From assembly GCA_038087875.1 (NCBI GenBank), contig CM075994.1:124001-188000 (forward strand): DNA of 64,000 nt, written 5' to 3'. The notes under the pieces are model-generated. The model made no database searches. It saw nothing but the letters and a program-made list of their open reading frames with translations, and was not told the DNA's origin. The translations under genes and the position numbers were made by a program. Of this stretch, positions 26,015 through 39,325 are shown one piece after another. This DNA comes from Malacoraja senta (taxonomy: Eukaryota). Position 1 is the stretch's first letter, and every line of letters starts with the position of its first letter.

Positions 26015-28269
26015 AGAAACCTCACCAGTTCTGCTTGAGCCTCTAGTTTCTCTTTAACTGAGAGGGTAAAGACCCTTTGGGGTACGTGCTGAACTGGTGG
26101 CATGTTTTCTTGAATGAACTCTATTTTGTATCCCAGAATACTGTTAAGTATATAACTATCATTCGTGAGAGACCTCCATGCTTCAATGAACAGGTGTAAT
26201 CTCCCCCCTGTTAGTACAGTCCTCCCACTTTTTATATGCTGGTAGGAACCAGACCCACCTACCTCCATAGTTATGGGAGTGCTCATTGCTTCTGTTTCTT
26301 CTTCCGCCGTTGTACTGCTGGATGTCCTGTTGGTTGGGGGTGGCGCATTTTCCATGGGGTCCGCTCTGGGCCCTGGCCTAAAAAAGGCTTTCGGGGATGG
26401 AATGCGGACCCCGAGCTTTCACCAGTCCTGAATGTTTGTCGTCGACTGGTGGACGCGGTGGGGTACTGCCGTCTGGGTTGTGTGGGTCTGCTCGTTCCGG
26501 GGCCTGCCCTCATGAGGCCAAATGCTTTGGCCTATTCCTCCAGGTCTTTTACTTGTTTTGTTAAGTCTTTCCCGAATAACAGGATCTGTGGCTCTGAGGC
26601 CGGTGTTTTACACAGTCCTGCATACCTGGGATTGAGGGCAGGTCTGATTATCTCCTTGCGGAGGTTGTTGATCTCGTATTGGGTGTTGCACAGCAGAGCC
26701 AGAGTGTCTTGCTGGTTTGTGGTCATATCCACCCCATCCACGGAACGAGCATAGGATGTTATCGCTGTTGTCAGGAGCTTGAGGATGCGTTGTAATTTTA
26801 TACTCTGTCCAACATACGCCCAGATTTGGCAGTTAACGGCCGGTACATTAAGCTAACTGCAGTTCTCCGGAGGCGAGTAGATTTCTAATGCCTCATTAAG
26901 TACCTGATCTTGTAGGGGTTTGAGGGACAGGTGGTTAATGCTGGCCGCCAGTTTTGTCTCCAATGGCCGCCCTGCTCGTGGTGTAGCCACGTAGCGATTC
27001 ACCACACCCAGCAGCTCTTCCTGGTCCTGTACCCCAAGCATACTCCCGATATCTTCAGCCAATGACCCCTGTTCCTGACCAGCCCAGTCCTGGTCGCCAA
27101 TGCTGCCCTCGGCTGAGGGGGAAGCAATGGCCAGTGCATTGTAAGGCACTGCTGTGGGAGTGCCTGAACCCCCTTTGCGAGACTGCTCCAGCTCCTGAAG
27201 CAAGTCTCGCTGGAGCAGTTGCTCCATGAGCCTTTCCATTCGGCTCAGGCGGCTACCCCTTCCGCTCTCAAGCGGAGCCTCCTCATCGGAGTCAGACATA
27301 ACCGGCCGGTCTGTTTTTTGTCTTGATTTGCCTCCAGCCCGCTGCTGCTCCTCAGGCTGCGCTAGCAGTACTGGGCTTGGTTCGGTCTCGATGAGGGTGG
27401 ACCGCAGCATGTGCGGTCCAGGTGCCGCCTCTCGCCCCCCACTGATGGGACCCTCCGGTTCTGTTGAAGTCGAACGGGGGGCGGTTTTCTTTGCTTGCCG
27501 TGCTTTACTCATTTTCCCAGTTTTACCTGGAATTACAGAGCAGAGGAAGCTTGCTATTACGACCTCAGAGTAAGTACTTACCTGATGGTCCGCTTTTTAA
27601 ACTTGTAGCGGGAGCGCCTTGTACTCCCGTTCGTCGCTGTTGCACTGCGTGAACGCTAATGTCGCGCATGCGTGCTGGACGGGCTCTTCACGTAGTCACT
27701 CACGTGACTCCGAAGTAAAATGTACAAGTAAAAGAAGGTCGGATGAATATCTTACTGTTTTTCTTCAACAATAAAGAACTATTAATCAAAAGACTGTGTT
27801 ATGAAGATTTATCTTTCGAGAAGCTTTGAGCTCGAAGGACATGGAGCTTGCATACGTATCAAAACGACATAATAATAATAATAATAATAATAGATTTTAT
27901 TTATATAGCGCTTTTCAGGCATCCTCCTCATAAAGCCATGTTTTCTCCCGAGTGGCTAGAGAGATAATGGAGTGATATCTTGAACGATATAATAATCTGC
28001 CACTACACTTAGGGTGAAGCTGTTTTCACAGTTTAGCTTGCCAGATAGTTCCAGGGTCTCATTCCAGCTGTGCTGAAGTTATAGCGAAGGGGACCAACAT
28101 TGCGACATCGTGAACTGGAGTGGAACGGAGAGATGGTGATGTTCCAATGTACCTGTCCCTCTTGTCCCAGTGAGTAGAGGGGCTTCATTTATTCAAGAAG
28201 TCGGTCCAAGCTGTGGGAATCAGAATATCAGTATTAACTAATGCTCAGGTTAAATGTACATGGCCTCAA

Positions 28270-30145
28270 TAAGTCATGGGAGCAGAATTAGGCCATTTGG
28301 CCCATTGAGTCTACTCCACCATTCTATCATGGCTGATCTATCTTTCCCTCCTAACTCCATTCTCCTGCCTTCTCCCTATAACCCCTGACACCATTATGAA
28401 TCAAGAATCTGTTAATATCCACCTTAAAACTACCCAATGACTTGGCCTCCAGTGCCATCTGTGGCAATGAATTCCACAGATTCACCACCCTCTCGCTAAA
28501 GAAATTCTTCCTCATCTCCTTTCTAAAGTTATATATGTCCTTTTATTCTGAGGTTATGCCCTCTGGTTCTAGACTCTTTCACTGGTGGAAACATCCTCTC
28601 CACATTCACTCCATCCAGGTCTTTCACTATTTGGTAAGTTTCAATGAGGTTTCCCCCTCGTCCTTCTAAACTCCAGCGAGTACAGGCCCAGTGCAGTTAA
28701 ACGTTTATCGTACGTTAACCCACTCATTCCTGGGATCATTCTCGAAAACCTCCTCTGGACCCTCTCCATTGCCATCACATCATTCCTCAGATATGGGACC
28801 CAAAACTGCTCACAATGCTCCAAGTCATAGGGTGGCCGCTGTGGCGCAGCTGTAGAGTTGCTGCCTTACAGTGCTTGCAGCGCCGGAGACCCGGGTTCGA
28901 TCCCGACTACGGGGGCTGCTGACTGTTAGGAGTTTAAGTACGTTCTCCCCGTGACCGCATGCATTTTCTCCGAGACCTTCACTTTCATCCTACAGACGTA
29001 CAAAGACGTACAGGTATGTAGGTTAATTGGTTGGAGTATGTGTAAATGATCCCTAGTGTGTATAGGATAGTGTTAATGTGCAGGGATCGCTGGTCGGTGT
29101 GGACTCGGTGGGTCGAAGGGCCTGTTTCTGCGCTGTATTTCTAAACTAAAAAAACTAAAAAGTGCGATCCGACCAGCGCCGTATAAAGCCTCAGCATTAC
29201 ATCTTTGTTTTTATATTCTCGTCCTCTCAAAATAAATGCTAACATTGCGCTTGCCTTCCTTACTACTGATTGAACTTGCAAATTACCCTTTTGGGAACTG
29301 CACCCGCACTCCCAAGTCCCTTTGCACCTTCGATTTCTGAATACAATCCCCATCTAGAAACAAGTCTGCGCCTTTATTTCCACCCCTAAATTGCATGACT
29401 GTACACATTGCTACACTGTTATCCATCTGTCTTCCAAAATGAGAGGCTCTGAATTCTGCACTCATTACTTGAAGGTCGAGTCACAGGTAGATAATGTGGT
29501 CAAAAAGGCTTTTGGCTCTTTGGCCTTCATCAGTCAGAGTATTGAGTATAGAAGTTGGGAGGTCATGTTGCAGTTGTATAAGACATTGGTGAGGCCGCAT
29601 TTAGAATATTGTGTTCAGATCTGGGTACCATGTCATAGGAAAAATATTGTCAAACTTGAAAGGGTTCAGAAAGGATTTAGGAGGATGTTATCAGGACGAG
29701 AGGGTGTGAGTTATAGGGAGAGGTGGAGTAGGCTGGGTCTCTATTCCATGGAGCGCAGGAGGATGAGGGGTGATCTTATGGAGGTGTATAAGATCATGAG
29801 AGGAATAGATCAGGTAGATGCACAGAGTCTTTTGCCCAGAGTAGGGAAATCGAGTACCAGCGGACATAGGTTCAAGGTGAAGGGGAAAAGATTTAATAGG
29901 AATCCGAGGGGTAACTTTTTCACACAAAGGATGGCGTGTGTATAGAACTAGCTGCCGGAGGTAGTTGAGGCTGGGACGATCCCATCGTTTAAGAAACAGT
30001 TAGACGGATAGGACAGGTTTGGAGGGATATGGACCAAGCGCAGGCAAGTAGGACTAGTGTAGCTGGGACAATATTGGCCGGTGTGGGCGAGTTGAGCCGA
30101 AGGGCCTATTTCCACACTGTATCGCTCTATAACTCTCTATGACTC
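28270..30145. mobile_element. Two CR1 3' fragments in opposite orientations (28270-29400 minus with a SINE inside; 29465-30145 plus)
   Basis: CR1 ORF2 C-terminal motifs and 3' UTRs. Confidence 0.85.
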
Positions 30146-30738
30146 CAAGATGCACATTTGAGCAGTGGAGTGAGGCAGTCCAAACACAGACAGATAGTAG
30201 AGAGTTAACAGTGCATCTCTCTCTAAACTGCAGATATTTCCCTGTGAATGAACTATTATGAATGAATACTTTATTGTCACAGTGAAATACTTTCCAAGGT
30301 ATGGAAATAGTCGCCGGAAAGGGCACTTACAAAGTATCGCACGCCACATCCCCCTTTGTTGTTCCCCCTCCCCCCACCTACACGGCAGTCCCCCCCATGC
30401 CGGGTCCTCCTTTGTTCTTCCACAGCCCCCCTCCCACCACCACCATGGCAGTCCCCCCACGCCGGCTCCTCCTTTGTTCCTTTCCTCGGCAACGGCGTCC
30501 TCACTTCCACGTGGTCCATCCTCGTCTGTCGGTCAGCGCCATCATCGCCGGCTGCACAGACCTCTCCACTATTGCTGCTGGGTCCTCTCCGGACGTCTCC
30601 GTGGCACCGCCTCATGCCCACTAAATGGCTATGACACTAAAGGGCCCTTCTGCCCCCATTGAAAAAATATTACAGTGATAGCACAGGAGAACGGATTATA
30701 CTTTGTTCCTGGGGACATGTGTAATATTTCTCCCTCAC

Positions 30739-30781
30739 CGATATCCAAACAGATTGCCACACAGCCATTTGCAGGATCTGA
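30739..30781 (-). CDS. Candidate small exon 5 of the Ig receptor; two AGs 4 nt apart give SDPANGCVAICLDI or ILQMAVWQSVWIS
   Basis: Non-repeat island with donor G|gtgagg but a weak acceptor; reading frame ambiguous. Confidence 0.25.
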
Positions 30782-31382
30782 CTGGTCACAATTGTTCATA
30801 AGTGATATGAGCAGAATTGTGCAGGAAGGAACTGCAGATGCTGGTTTACACTGGAGGCAATGCAAAATGCTGGAATAAGTCAGCAGGGCAGGCAGCATCA
30901 CTGGAGAGAAGGAATGGGTGACGTTTTGGGTCTGAAGAAGGGTCTCGACTCAAAATGTGACCATTTCCTTCTCTCCAGAGATGTTACCTGTCCTGCTGAG
31001 TTACTCCAGCTTTTTGCTTCTATCTTCAACACACACACACACACACAGACAGGCTTCGGTTTCCTTCACGTTTCGGATATGTTTCGGTTCGAGACCCTTC
31101 TTCTGAAGAACTCAATGGCCTGCAATGACCAGTATACCGCTGAGTTACTCCAGCATTTTGTGTCTATCGTAGGAGCAGAATTAGGTCATTCAGCCCAGCA
31201 AGCCTACTCTGCCATTCAATCAATCATTCCCTCTTAACGCCATTCTTCTGCCTTCTACCACTAACCCCTGACACCCGTACTAATGAAGAATCCATCTCTC
31301 TCTCCCTTAGATTCACCACCCTCTGACTGACTCCACACCACCACATACAAGGACATGGTTTTACCAGAGAATGAATACTCAC

Positions 31383-31477
31383 CATGTACAACAGAGCGCT
31401 AAACACGAGAACCGCTGTGATCACTAAGATAATGGCTGGGTACAATCCAACCCGAGATCTGGGATTGGGTTCATGAT
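31383..31477 (-). CDS. Ig receptor exon 4: stalk plus transmembrane helix DHEPNPRSRVGLYPAIILVITAVLVFSALLYM
   Basis: Acceptor ttattttgttgtag in phase 1, about 20 hydrophobic residues, strong donor ATG|gtgagt (phase 0). Confidence 0.8.
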
Positions 31478-32354
31478 CTACAACAAAATAAATCACCTTT
31501 GGTTACTTATTGTAGATTTTAATTTAAATGTCTATGACATATGGCATATGACCTTTGTATTCAATTCAATGATTCAGTGATATTATATTGTCACATATCA
31601 AGACACAATAAAGTTCTTTGATTTTGGTGTACAATCCGTAATCACACAGCAGACTTCTCCTGGGCAATACACAAAGAGTCGCCAAGTTTCTGCCACAGAC
31701 AATGTTTCAGAAGTTCTTAGTGCAGTCTTATCTTCTCGCAGCAGCAAACTAGGGCTGTTGTTGCAGGTGCATGGAGCACGATGCACGGTAGTGCAGCGGT
31801 AGAGTTGCTGCCTCACAGAGCATGCAGCGCTGGAGACCCGGGTTTGATCCTGACTACGGGTGCTGTCTTTATGGAGTTTGTATGTTCTCCCCATGCCTGC
31901 TTGGGTTTTCTCCGAGATCTTCAGTTACCTCCCACACTCGAAAGGCATACAGGTATGTATGTTAATTGGCTTGGTATAAGTGTAAATTGTCCCTAGTGTG
32001 TGTAGGATAGTGTTAATGTGCGGGGATCGCTGGTAGGTACGGACTCGGTGGGCAGAAGAGCCTGTTTCCACGCTGTATTTCTGAACCTAACTAAACTAAA
32101 CCAAACGTGGACAACCCGAGACTCGCAGAAAACCTGGGTCTCTGACGCTGTAAGTGCTGGAAGGCTGCAACTCTACCGCTGCGCTGCCATGCCGCCTTGT
32201 TGGACATTTGTTCCTATCTTGCTTCCCCACGATGCATTCTCTTGGGTTAAACAGATTAAAAACTACTTATCTTCCTTATAATTTTCAAAATTCCCTACAT
32301 CACGTCTGGAGAGATATTTATCCACAGGGAATACGGAATGTGAGATCATGTGAA

Positions 32355-33830
32355 TTATAGAAAAGATGTTGTCAAGCTGGAAAGGATATAGAGAAGATTT
32401 ACAAGGATGTTGACAGGGGTAGAGGGTCTGAGCTGTAGGGAGAGGGTGAGTAGGTTGTGACTCTATTCTTTGGAGAGCAGGAGGATGAGGGGTGATCTTA
32501 TAGAGGTGTATAAAATCATGAGAGGAATAGAGTCTCTTGCCCAGAATAAGTGAATCGTGGACCAGAGGACACAGGTTTAAGGTGAAGCGGAAAAGATTTA
32601 AGAGGAATCTGAATGGTAACTTTTTCACACAAAGGGTGGTGGGTGTATGGAACAAGCTGCCAGAGGAGGTAATTGAGGCAGGGGCTATCCCAACATTTAA
32701 GAGACAGTTGGACAGGTACATGGTAGAACAAGTTTGGAGGGATATGGAGCAAACGTAGGCAGGTGGGAAGAGTGTAGCTGGGACAGGTGGCCAAGTTGGG
32801 CCGAAGGGCCTGTTTCCACACTGTATCACTCTATGACTCTATGACACTAAGAATAAGATAGTCATCCATTTCAATCAGAATTTAGGGGGATGTTATATGT
32901 CTGGAGAGTACTTGGAGTGTAGAATGACATACGCTGATAAGGACAGATAACAAGTGTGGAGAGGGGCTCTTGTGTAGCATAAACATCAACATGGGACAAA
33001 TGGCCAGCATCTGTGCAATAGACCTTTACAACTTGGGTTGCACGATAGCGCAGTGGTTGAGTTGCTGCCTTCCAGTGCCAGAGACTCTGAGTTCAGTCAT
33101 GACTACGGGTCCTTGTCTGCACGGAGTTTGTACGTTCTCCCAGTGACCTGCGTGGGTTTTATCTCACACTCTAAAGACGTGGAGGTCTGTGGGTTAATTG
33201 ACTTTGGTATAAATGTAAATTGTCCCTCGTGTGCAGGATAGTGTTAGTGTGCGGGGATCCCTGGTTGGTACCGACTCGGTGGACAGAAGCACATGTTTCC
33301 GTGTTGTATCTCTGTATTTAGGGGAGGAATCTGCCTACAGACAGGAAGTGTCACAGCTGGCATCCTGGTGCCATCGCAACAACCTAGAGCTCAATGCTCC
33401 AGAGCTCAATGCTCTTTGGCTGCAACCTTCCCTCCATTGATGAATTGTACACTGCAAGGGCCAGGAAGCGAGCGGGCAAGATCATCTCTGACCCCTCTCA
33501 CCCTGGCCACAAACTCTTTGAATCACTTCCCTCTGGAAGGCGACTCCGGACTGTCAAAGCTGCCACAGCCAGACATAAAAACAGTTTTTATCAACGAGTA
33601 GTTGCTCTACTCAATAGCCAAAAATCTGTAGCCTCCCTTTGATCTGGAATTTTGTTGGTTCACATGTTGATCAATGGTGTTTTATCATTAATGTTTTATT
33701 ATTATTAATGTTTAGTGTTTTCTGAGTCATTTGTAACTGTCACTGTATGTCATGTTGTTACTTATGGGCGGAGCACCAAAGCAAATTCATTGTATGTGAA
33801 TACTTGGCCAATAAACGTACTTACTTATAA
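32355..33830 (+). mobile_element. CR1 3' end (32355-32845), a SINE, and a Rex1 3' fragment (33315-33830)
   Basis: FFTQRVVGVWN; DPSHPGH..LPSGRR. Confidence 0.8.
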
Positions 33831-34411
33831 ACTAAACTAGAAGTTAAACACACTAGGGAGAACGGAGTGATATCTTATGCTGATAAAGTCAGATAACAAG
33901 CGTGGGGAGGAGATATTTAGTTTTATTTAGTTTGGTTTCGATCTACAGCGCAGAAACAGCCCATTGAGTTTGCACATACAACCGATTCCTGCTCATTAAC
34001 ACCATCCTACACATGGAATCTATTTGTTTAATGTTGATACCAAGCCAATTAACCAACAAACATGTACATCTTGAGTGTAGGAGGAAACCCATGCAGGTCA
34101 CAGGGTGAACTTATAAACTCCATACACATGTTTAAGGAACGTCTTTCCCCTGACTCTCAGTCTGAAGTGTCTCGACCTGAAACGTCAATATTCTTTTTCT
34201 CCAGAGATGCTGTCTGACCGGCTGAGTTATTCCAGCTTTCTATGTTTATCCTGTATTATTTAATACGGCTCGTAGCCAGGATCGAACCTGAGTCTCTGAC
34301 GCCGTACGAGCTGTGAGGCAGCAACTCTACCACTGCACCACTGTGCCACTTCTTGTGTAGCATAAACAATGTGGGTCAAATAGACCTTTGCCAATACCGT
34401 GACAGACTTAC

Positions 34412-34681
34412 CATCGTTGACCAGCTGGCAGGTGCTGTTGGTTCGACTGACTTGGTTTTCCATGCTGCACGTGTAACAGCCAGAGTCTGATTTCTCTGCG
34501 TTCCAAATGGTAAATGTTACATTCCCATCAGACAGGGACTGCCATAGGCTCACTGGGAGGACAACTCCTTCTCTGCTCCACAGAATGGAAGTAGCTCTCC
34601 CTCTCTGCACCGTGCAGTTCAGCACAGCCGTGTGGTTCTCAGGGTTGTAATCACAGGAGATGGATGGTGTGGAGAGAGGAT
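34412..34681 (-). CDS. Ig receptor exon 3: C2-set domain DPLSTPSISCDYNPENHTAVLNCTVQRG...ILWSREG...DSGCYTCSMENQVSRTNSTCQLVND
   Basis: 270-nt open phase 1-1 exon, acceptor ttgttctccag and donor G|gtaag. Canonical C-W-DSGxYxCxxxNxVS pattern, extra cysteines, and N-glycosylation sequons NHT, NCT, NVT, NST. Confidence 0.9.
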
Positions 34682-35224
34682 CTGGAGAACAACAGAGTCA
34701 ATGAGTCAAGACACAAACGCCCTTTTTTAGACCTCAAGTATACAAAGGTAAATCCAGATTTATTAAAGGGATCTAATAGAGTCACTGCCTCAAAAAGGCA
34801 GCCAGCATCATCAGAGACCCACACCACCCTGGCCACGCTCCTTTGCCTTTTGAGGAGGTAGAGGTGTTGGCCTGCTTTCTTGGCCATTGCTGCGATATGG
34901 GTGGTCCTGGACGAGACACTGGTGATATTTACTCCTCCGAACTTAACATTTTCAACCATCTCTACTTCGGCCCCATAATTGCATACTGGGGTATGTGAAC
35001 CGCTTCCTTTCTGAACTCCATCACTACCTCAAAGGTTGTTGTCTTGATACCAGGTCACGAGGTCCTCACCCCCATCTCTCTTACACCCCATTGAGGTCTA
35101 TGCTCTCTAGGTTAGGTGGACACTTCTCAAACATATCCCACAATATAAAGATTCACATTTCTCATCCACCATCCGCCATCTGCCTGATTATATACCACCA
35201 GGATATATAATCAGCTGATAATAC

Positions 35225-35980
35225 CACCAGGGGCGCCGCATGATTGGCAGCCTCACCAACAGTCTGTCTGTTTTTTCATTTTTCTTTGTGTTATTTTTAG
35301 TGTGTTTTAAAGTTTGTGTAAATGTTCTCCGGTTTGTTTTATGTGGGGGTTGGGGGGAATTGTTTTTCAGTCTCTTACCTCGCCAGAGATGCGATTATTT
35401 TCCGGGTTGTATCTCCGGTCGCTCTGCAGCCTAACATCATGAAGCTGGAGGCCTCGCTCGGGACTGATTATGGACTCTACCGCGGGGCGTGGACTTACCA
35501 TCGGAGCCGATCCTGGGATTGCCTGGGATTATATTGCCTGGGATCGATGCTCCAACCGCGCTTGCGGACTTTAACATCAAGGGCTCGCAGTCTCCGGAGA
35601 GACCGAGTCAGGAGCTCCAACGACGCAGAAAGTTCATCAGACCCAACCCGGGGTCCGATCGTTTGGTGCGGGGGAGCTGATATCCCCCCGATACAGGAGC
35701 TTGATCACCCCGACGAGTAAGATCGTCCCGTCAACAGAAGGCTCGAGGCTCCCAACCACGGGAGAACAAGGGAAGAATGAAAGAGATTGAACTTTTTTTT
35801 TCCGCCTTCCATCACAGTGAGGAATATGGAGGAGTCACTGTGGTGGATGTTTAGGTTAAAATGTATTTTGTGTGTTCTATTGCTTTTTATTTGTATGGCT
35901 GACTTGGCAAATGAAATTCCTCATATGTTGCAAAACATACTAGGCTAATAAAGTATTATTATATTATTGTATTGTATATT
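35225..35980 (+). mobile_element. GC-rich non-coding retroelement, family copy A. Relatives at 49713-50688(-), 51440-52185(-), 58995-59650(+), and a 3' part at 17170-17340(+)
   Basis: Shared layout, two conserved hairpins, LINE-like 3' tails, no ORF. Confidence 0.7.
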
Positions 35981-36789
35981 ATTTTCATGTCCATTAATTA
36001 CATTCCATTGACTCGATCTACACCACGCTGCCTCGGCAAGGCCACCAGCATCTTCAAAGACGAGTCTAACCCTGGACACTCCTTCTCACATCAGAAATGA
36101 TACACAGAATTGTGAAACACCTATCTCCAGATTCAGGGACAGTTTCTTCCCACATGTTATCAAGCAACTGAACCATCCTATCACCATCTAGAGTGGTCCT
36201 GAGCTACCATCGACCCTCAAACTGTCTTTATTCAGACTTTACTAGACATTATCTTGCACTAAATGTTATTCAATTTATCCTGTAAGTGTACACTGCAGAC
36301 AGCTTGATTGTAATCATGTATAGTCTTTTGGCTGACTGGATAACATGCAACAAAAAGCTTTTCACTGTACCTCGGTACATATGACAATAAACTAAACTAA
36401 AGTAAACTAAACTTCACAAATCAATGTTTCTAGGTTTGCTCATTGTCAGATTTAGGGATTACATCATATAAACTTAAATTGCAATTATTAAAATGTGTTC
36501 AAGAACATAGTAATCCCAGCAGGTTAGTCATCTAAAATTGGAGAACACAATGTTCATACATTAGCTTGTAAGCTCCTGTCAAGTCCAATAATCAACCTTT
36601 CACGCTGCCACTTAGGTATCTTAGAACCCAATGGTATGAACATTAAATTCTCCAATTTCAAGTAATAACCCCCCTACCTACCTCCCCCTTCCCTGTGACA
36701 CCCCCCCCCCCTCACCCCAGTACATGCCCATTTCACCCAGTAACTCCCATCCTCCCAGTCACCGTAATCTCCTCGTTGACACCCCATAT

Positions 36790-37580
36790 CCCCCCAAACC
36801 TGTCCTATCCATGTACCTAATTGTTTCTTAAATGTTGCAATAGCCCCAGCCTAAACTACTTCCTCCGGAATCTCATTCCATACCCCTACCAGCCTTTGTG
36901 TGAAAAAGTTACTCTTCAAACTTCTATTAAATCTTTCCCCTTTCACGTTAAACCAATGCCCTCTGGTTATCGATTCCCCCACTTTGGGCAAGAGACTGTG
37001 TGTCCATCCGATCTACTCATTTCATGATTTTATACACCTCCATAAGATCACCCCTCCTCCTGTACTCCAAGGAATAGAGTTCCAGCTGCTCAACCTCTCC
37101 CTAAGGCTCATATCCTCGAGTGTTGGCAACATTCTCGTAGAACCTCTCTGTACCCTTTCCAACTTGACAACATCTTTCCTGTAACATGGTGCCCAGAACT
37201 GAACACAATAGTCTAAATGCAGCCTCACCAATGCAACATGACCTCCCAACTTCTATACTCAATACTCTGACTGTTAAAGGCAAAATGTGCCAAAAGCCTT
37301 TTTGACCACCTTATCAATCAGTGACTCCACCTTCAACAAACTATGTACCTGCTCTCCTAGATTTCTCTGCTGTACAATACTCCCCAGAGCCCTACCATTC
37401 ACCGTGTAGGTCCTGCCCATGTTAAACCTTCCTAAATGCAACAACTCACAAGTCTCTGTGGTAAATTCCATCAACCATTCCTCAGCCGACCTGGCCAACC
37501 GATCAAGATCCTGTTGCCATTTTTGACATCCATCTTCACTATCTGCAAAACCACCCACCTTTGTATCCTTCGCAAACTTG
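36790..37580 (-). mobile_element. CR1 LINE fragment
   Basis: LVRLHLDYCVQFWAP; degenerate KFA.DTK. Confidence 0.85.
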
Positions 37581-38745
37581 CAAAGTCTATTCACTTATTT
37601 GGCTTAACAAAATTTTTACAAAGGCCTGTGGATATGGCTGCCTTCAATATGTGTAGAATGCATAAATAGTGGGGACCATCTTAATGATAAAATCCTTAGT
37701 ACAGAGTAATTTAGTGACCTGTTCAAAAAGAAAATCCTCACCTGCGCTTCCTACCATGGAGTAGAAAAGGTCAAATAAATATTGCAGATAGACACAAAGT
37801 GCTGGAATGACTCAGCGGGTCAGACAGCATCTCTACCGGGATCTTCTCTCCTCTCCCATCGGGAAAAAGGTATAGAAGTGTGAAAACGCACACCTCCAGA
37901 TTCAGGGACAGTTTATACCCAGCTGTTATCAGGCAACTGAACCATCCTACCACAACAAGAGAGCAGTCCTGAACCACTATCTACGTCGTGGTAACCCTCG
38001 GACTACCTCTAATCGGACTTTACTGGCTTTACCTTACACTAAACATTATTCCCTTATCATGTATCTGTACACTGTGGATCGCTGGATTGTAATTAAGTAT
38101 TGTCTTTCCACTGACTGGTTAGCATGCAACAAAAGATTTTCACTGTACCTCAGTACACGTGACAATAAACTAAACTGAACTGAACTGGATGCTGAGTTGG
38201 TGTGAGGAAAGAGGGCAAAATTGAGAGTGGGAATGCGTGATGGGGAAAAAGCAAGGCATACCCACAGATATTTGGGATCAAGCACAAACATTTATTACAT
38301 TGTGTTTTATGTCACATACAACATTGCTTCAGATCAGCGGTAGAGCCACAGCTTTACAGCGCCAGAGACCCGGGTTTGATCTTGACTACCGGTGCTTGTT
38401 TTCCCCGTGACCTGCACGTTCTCCACGTGACCTGCGTGGGTTTTCTCAGAGATCTTCGGTTTCTTCCCACATCCCAGAGACGTACAGGTTTGTAGGTGAT
38501 TTGTTTTGGCATGAATGTAAAATTGTCCCTAGTGTGTGCAGGGTAATGTTAATGGGATCACTGGTCGGTGTGGACTCGGTGGGTCAAAGTGCCTGTTTCT
38601 ATGATGTATCTCTGAACTAAACTCAACTTACAGTAATTGAGCTTCAAGGCAATTAATACAGGAAAAGAAATCATGCTTGGAAAATGTCGACTCAGCACAC
38701 TGTCACCATCTCATTTAAATAATTACAAATTCTCTGGCTACTTAC

Positions 38746-39042
38746 CAATGACTTCAAGAGTTAGAATTCTGGTCCTCTGTGGGTCTAGGTCCACCGTCAT
38801 TTTATAGTGGCCACTGTCTGCTTTACGTACATCTTTTAATTGAAAGGATCCATCTGATATGTTAACTTTAATTCGATTCTTGTACTTTTCATATATGATA
38901 TTTCTTTCATGCACATTGGTAATGGGGAGATTCCTGCTGGAATCTGAGAAGTCCCAGTTCAAATTGTTGAATTCCTTATCAGTTCCCGGGAATGGAATGG
39001 AGGAGCCTGTGGCAGCCAGCTTGCTGTCTCTTGTCCACTGAG
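38746..39042 (-). CDS. Ig receptor exon 2: cysteine-less V-set domain AQWTRDSKLAATGSSIPFPG...LNWDF...YKNRIKVNISDGSFQLKDVRKADSGHYKMTV...LTLEVI
   Basis: 297-nt open phase 1-1 exon, acceptor ttgtcttgcag and donor G|gtaag. V-set motifs present (C-strand W, R-I, LxxVxxxDSGxY) with no Cys, as in CD2/CEACAM N-domains. Confidence 0.9.
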
Positions 39043-39084
39043 CTGCAAGACAAATGAATTAATTCAAACAGTATCACACCTGAG

Positions 39085-39325
39085 ATATGTAGGAAGGAAC
39101 TGCAGATGCTGGTTTAAACCAAAGATTTACACAAAAAGCTGGAGTAACTTAGTGAGTCAGACAGCATCTCTGGAGAAAAGGAATAGGTGACATTTCGGGT
39201 TGAGACCCTTCTTCAGACTCCTGAAGACTCCAGAGTCTGAAGAAGGGTCTAGACCCGAAACGTTACCTGTTCCTTTTCCCCAGAGATGCAGTCTGAGCCG
39301 TTGAGTTACTCCAGGTTTTTGTGCC
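39085..39325. ncRNA. Palindromic Penelope pLTR pair with a minimal hammerhead motif on each strand
   Basis: CTGAAGA-A-GGGTCTAGACCC-GAAACGT at 39237-39263 (+) and its inverted copy at 39188-39217 (-). Confidence 0.65.

Larger units (their letters stand above)
17363..27721 (-). mobile_element. Complete but inactivated DIRS1-type tyrosine-recombinase retrotransposon with two nested LINEs
   Basis: 37-bp inner ITR at both ends and an ICR at 17590-17700 complementary to both termini. gag-like ~27512-26283; RT/RNase H ~26355-26012 and 22068-20900 (DLKDAY, LPNGL, YLDD, TDAS); MTase 19336-18878 (DLFAS, YAFPPF); recombinase ~18843-17867 (HSTR...AGW...FY). Confidence 0.95.

Noticed and set aside
27920..28260. 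Terminal exon of the Ig receptor
   Set aside because: All minus-strand frames close quickly, with no recognisable signalling motif or good acceptor
32920..34390. Repeated gctgataa...tcttgtgtagcataaac segments as a duplicated exon
   Set aside because: No open frame or splice sites; they look like old LINE 3' ends split by a SINE
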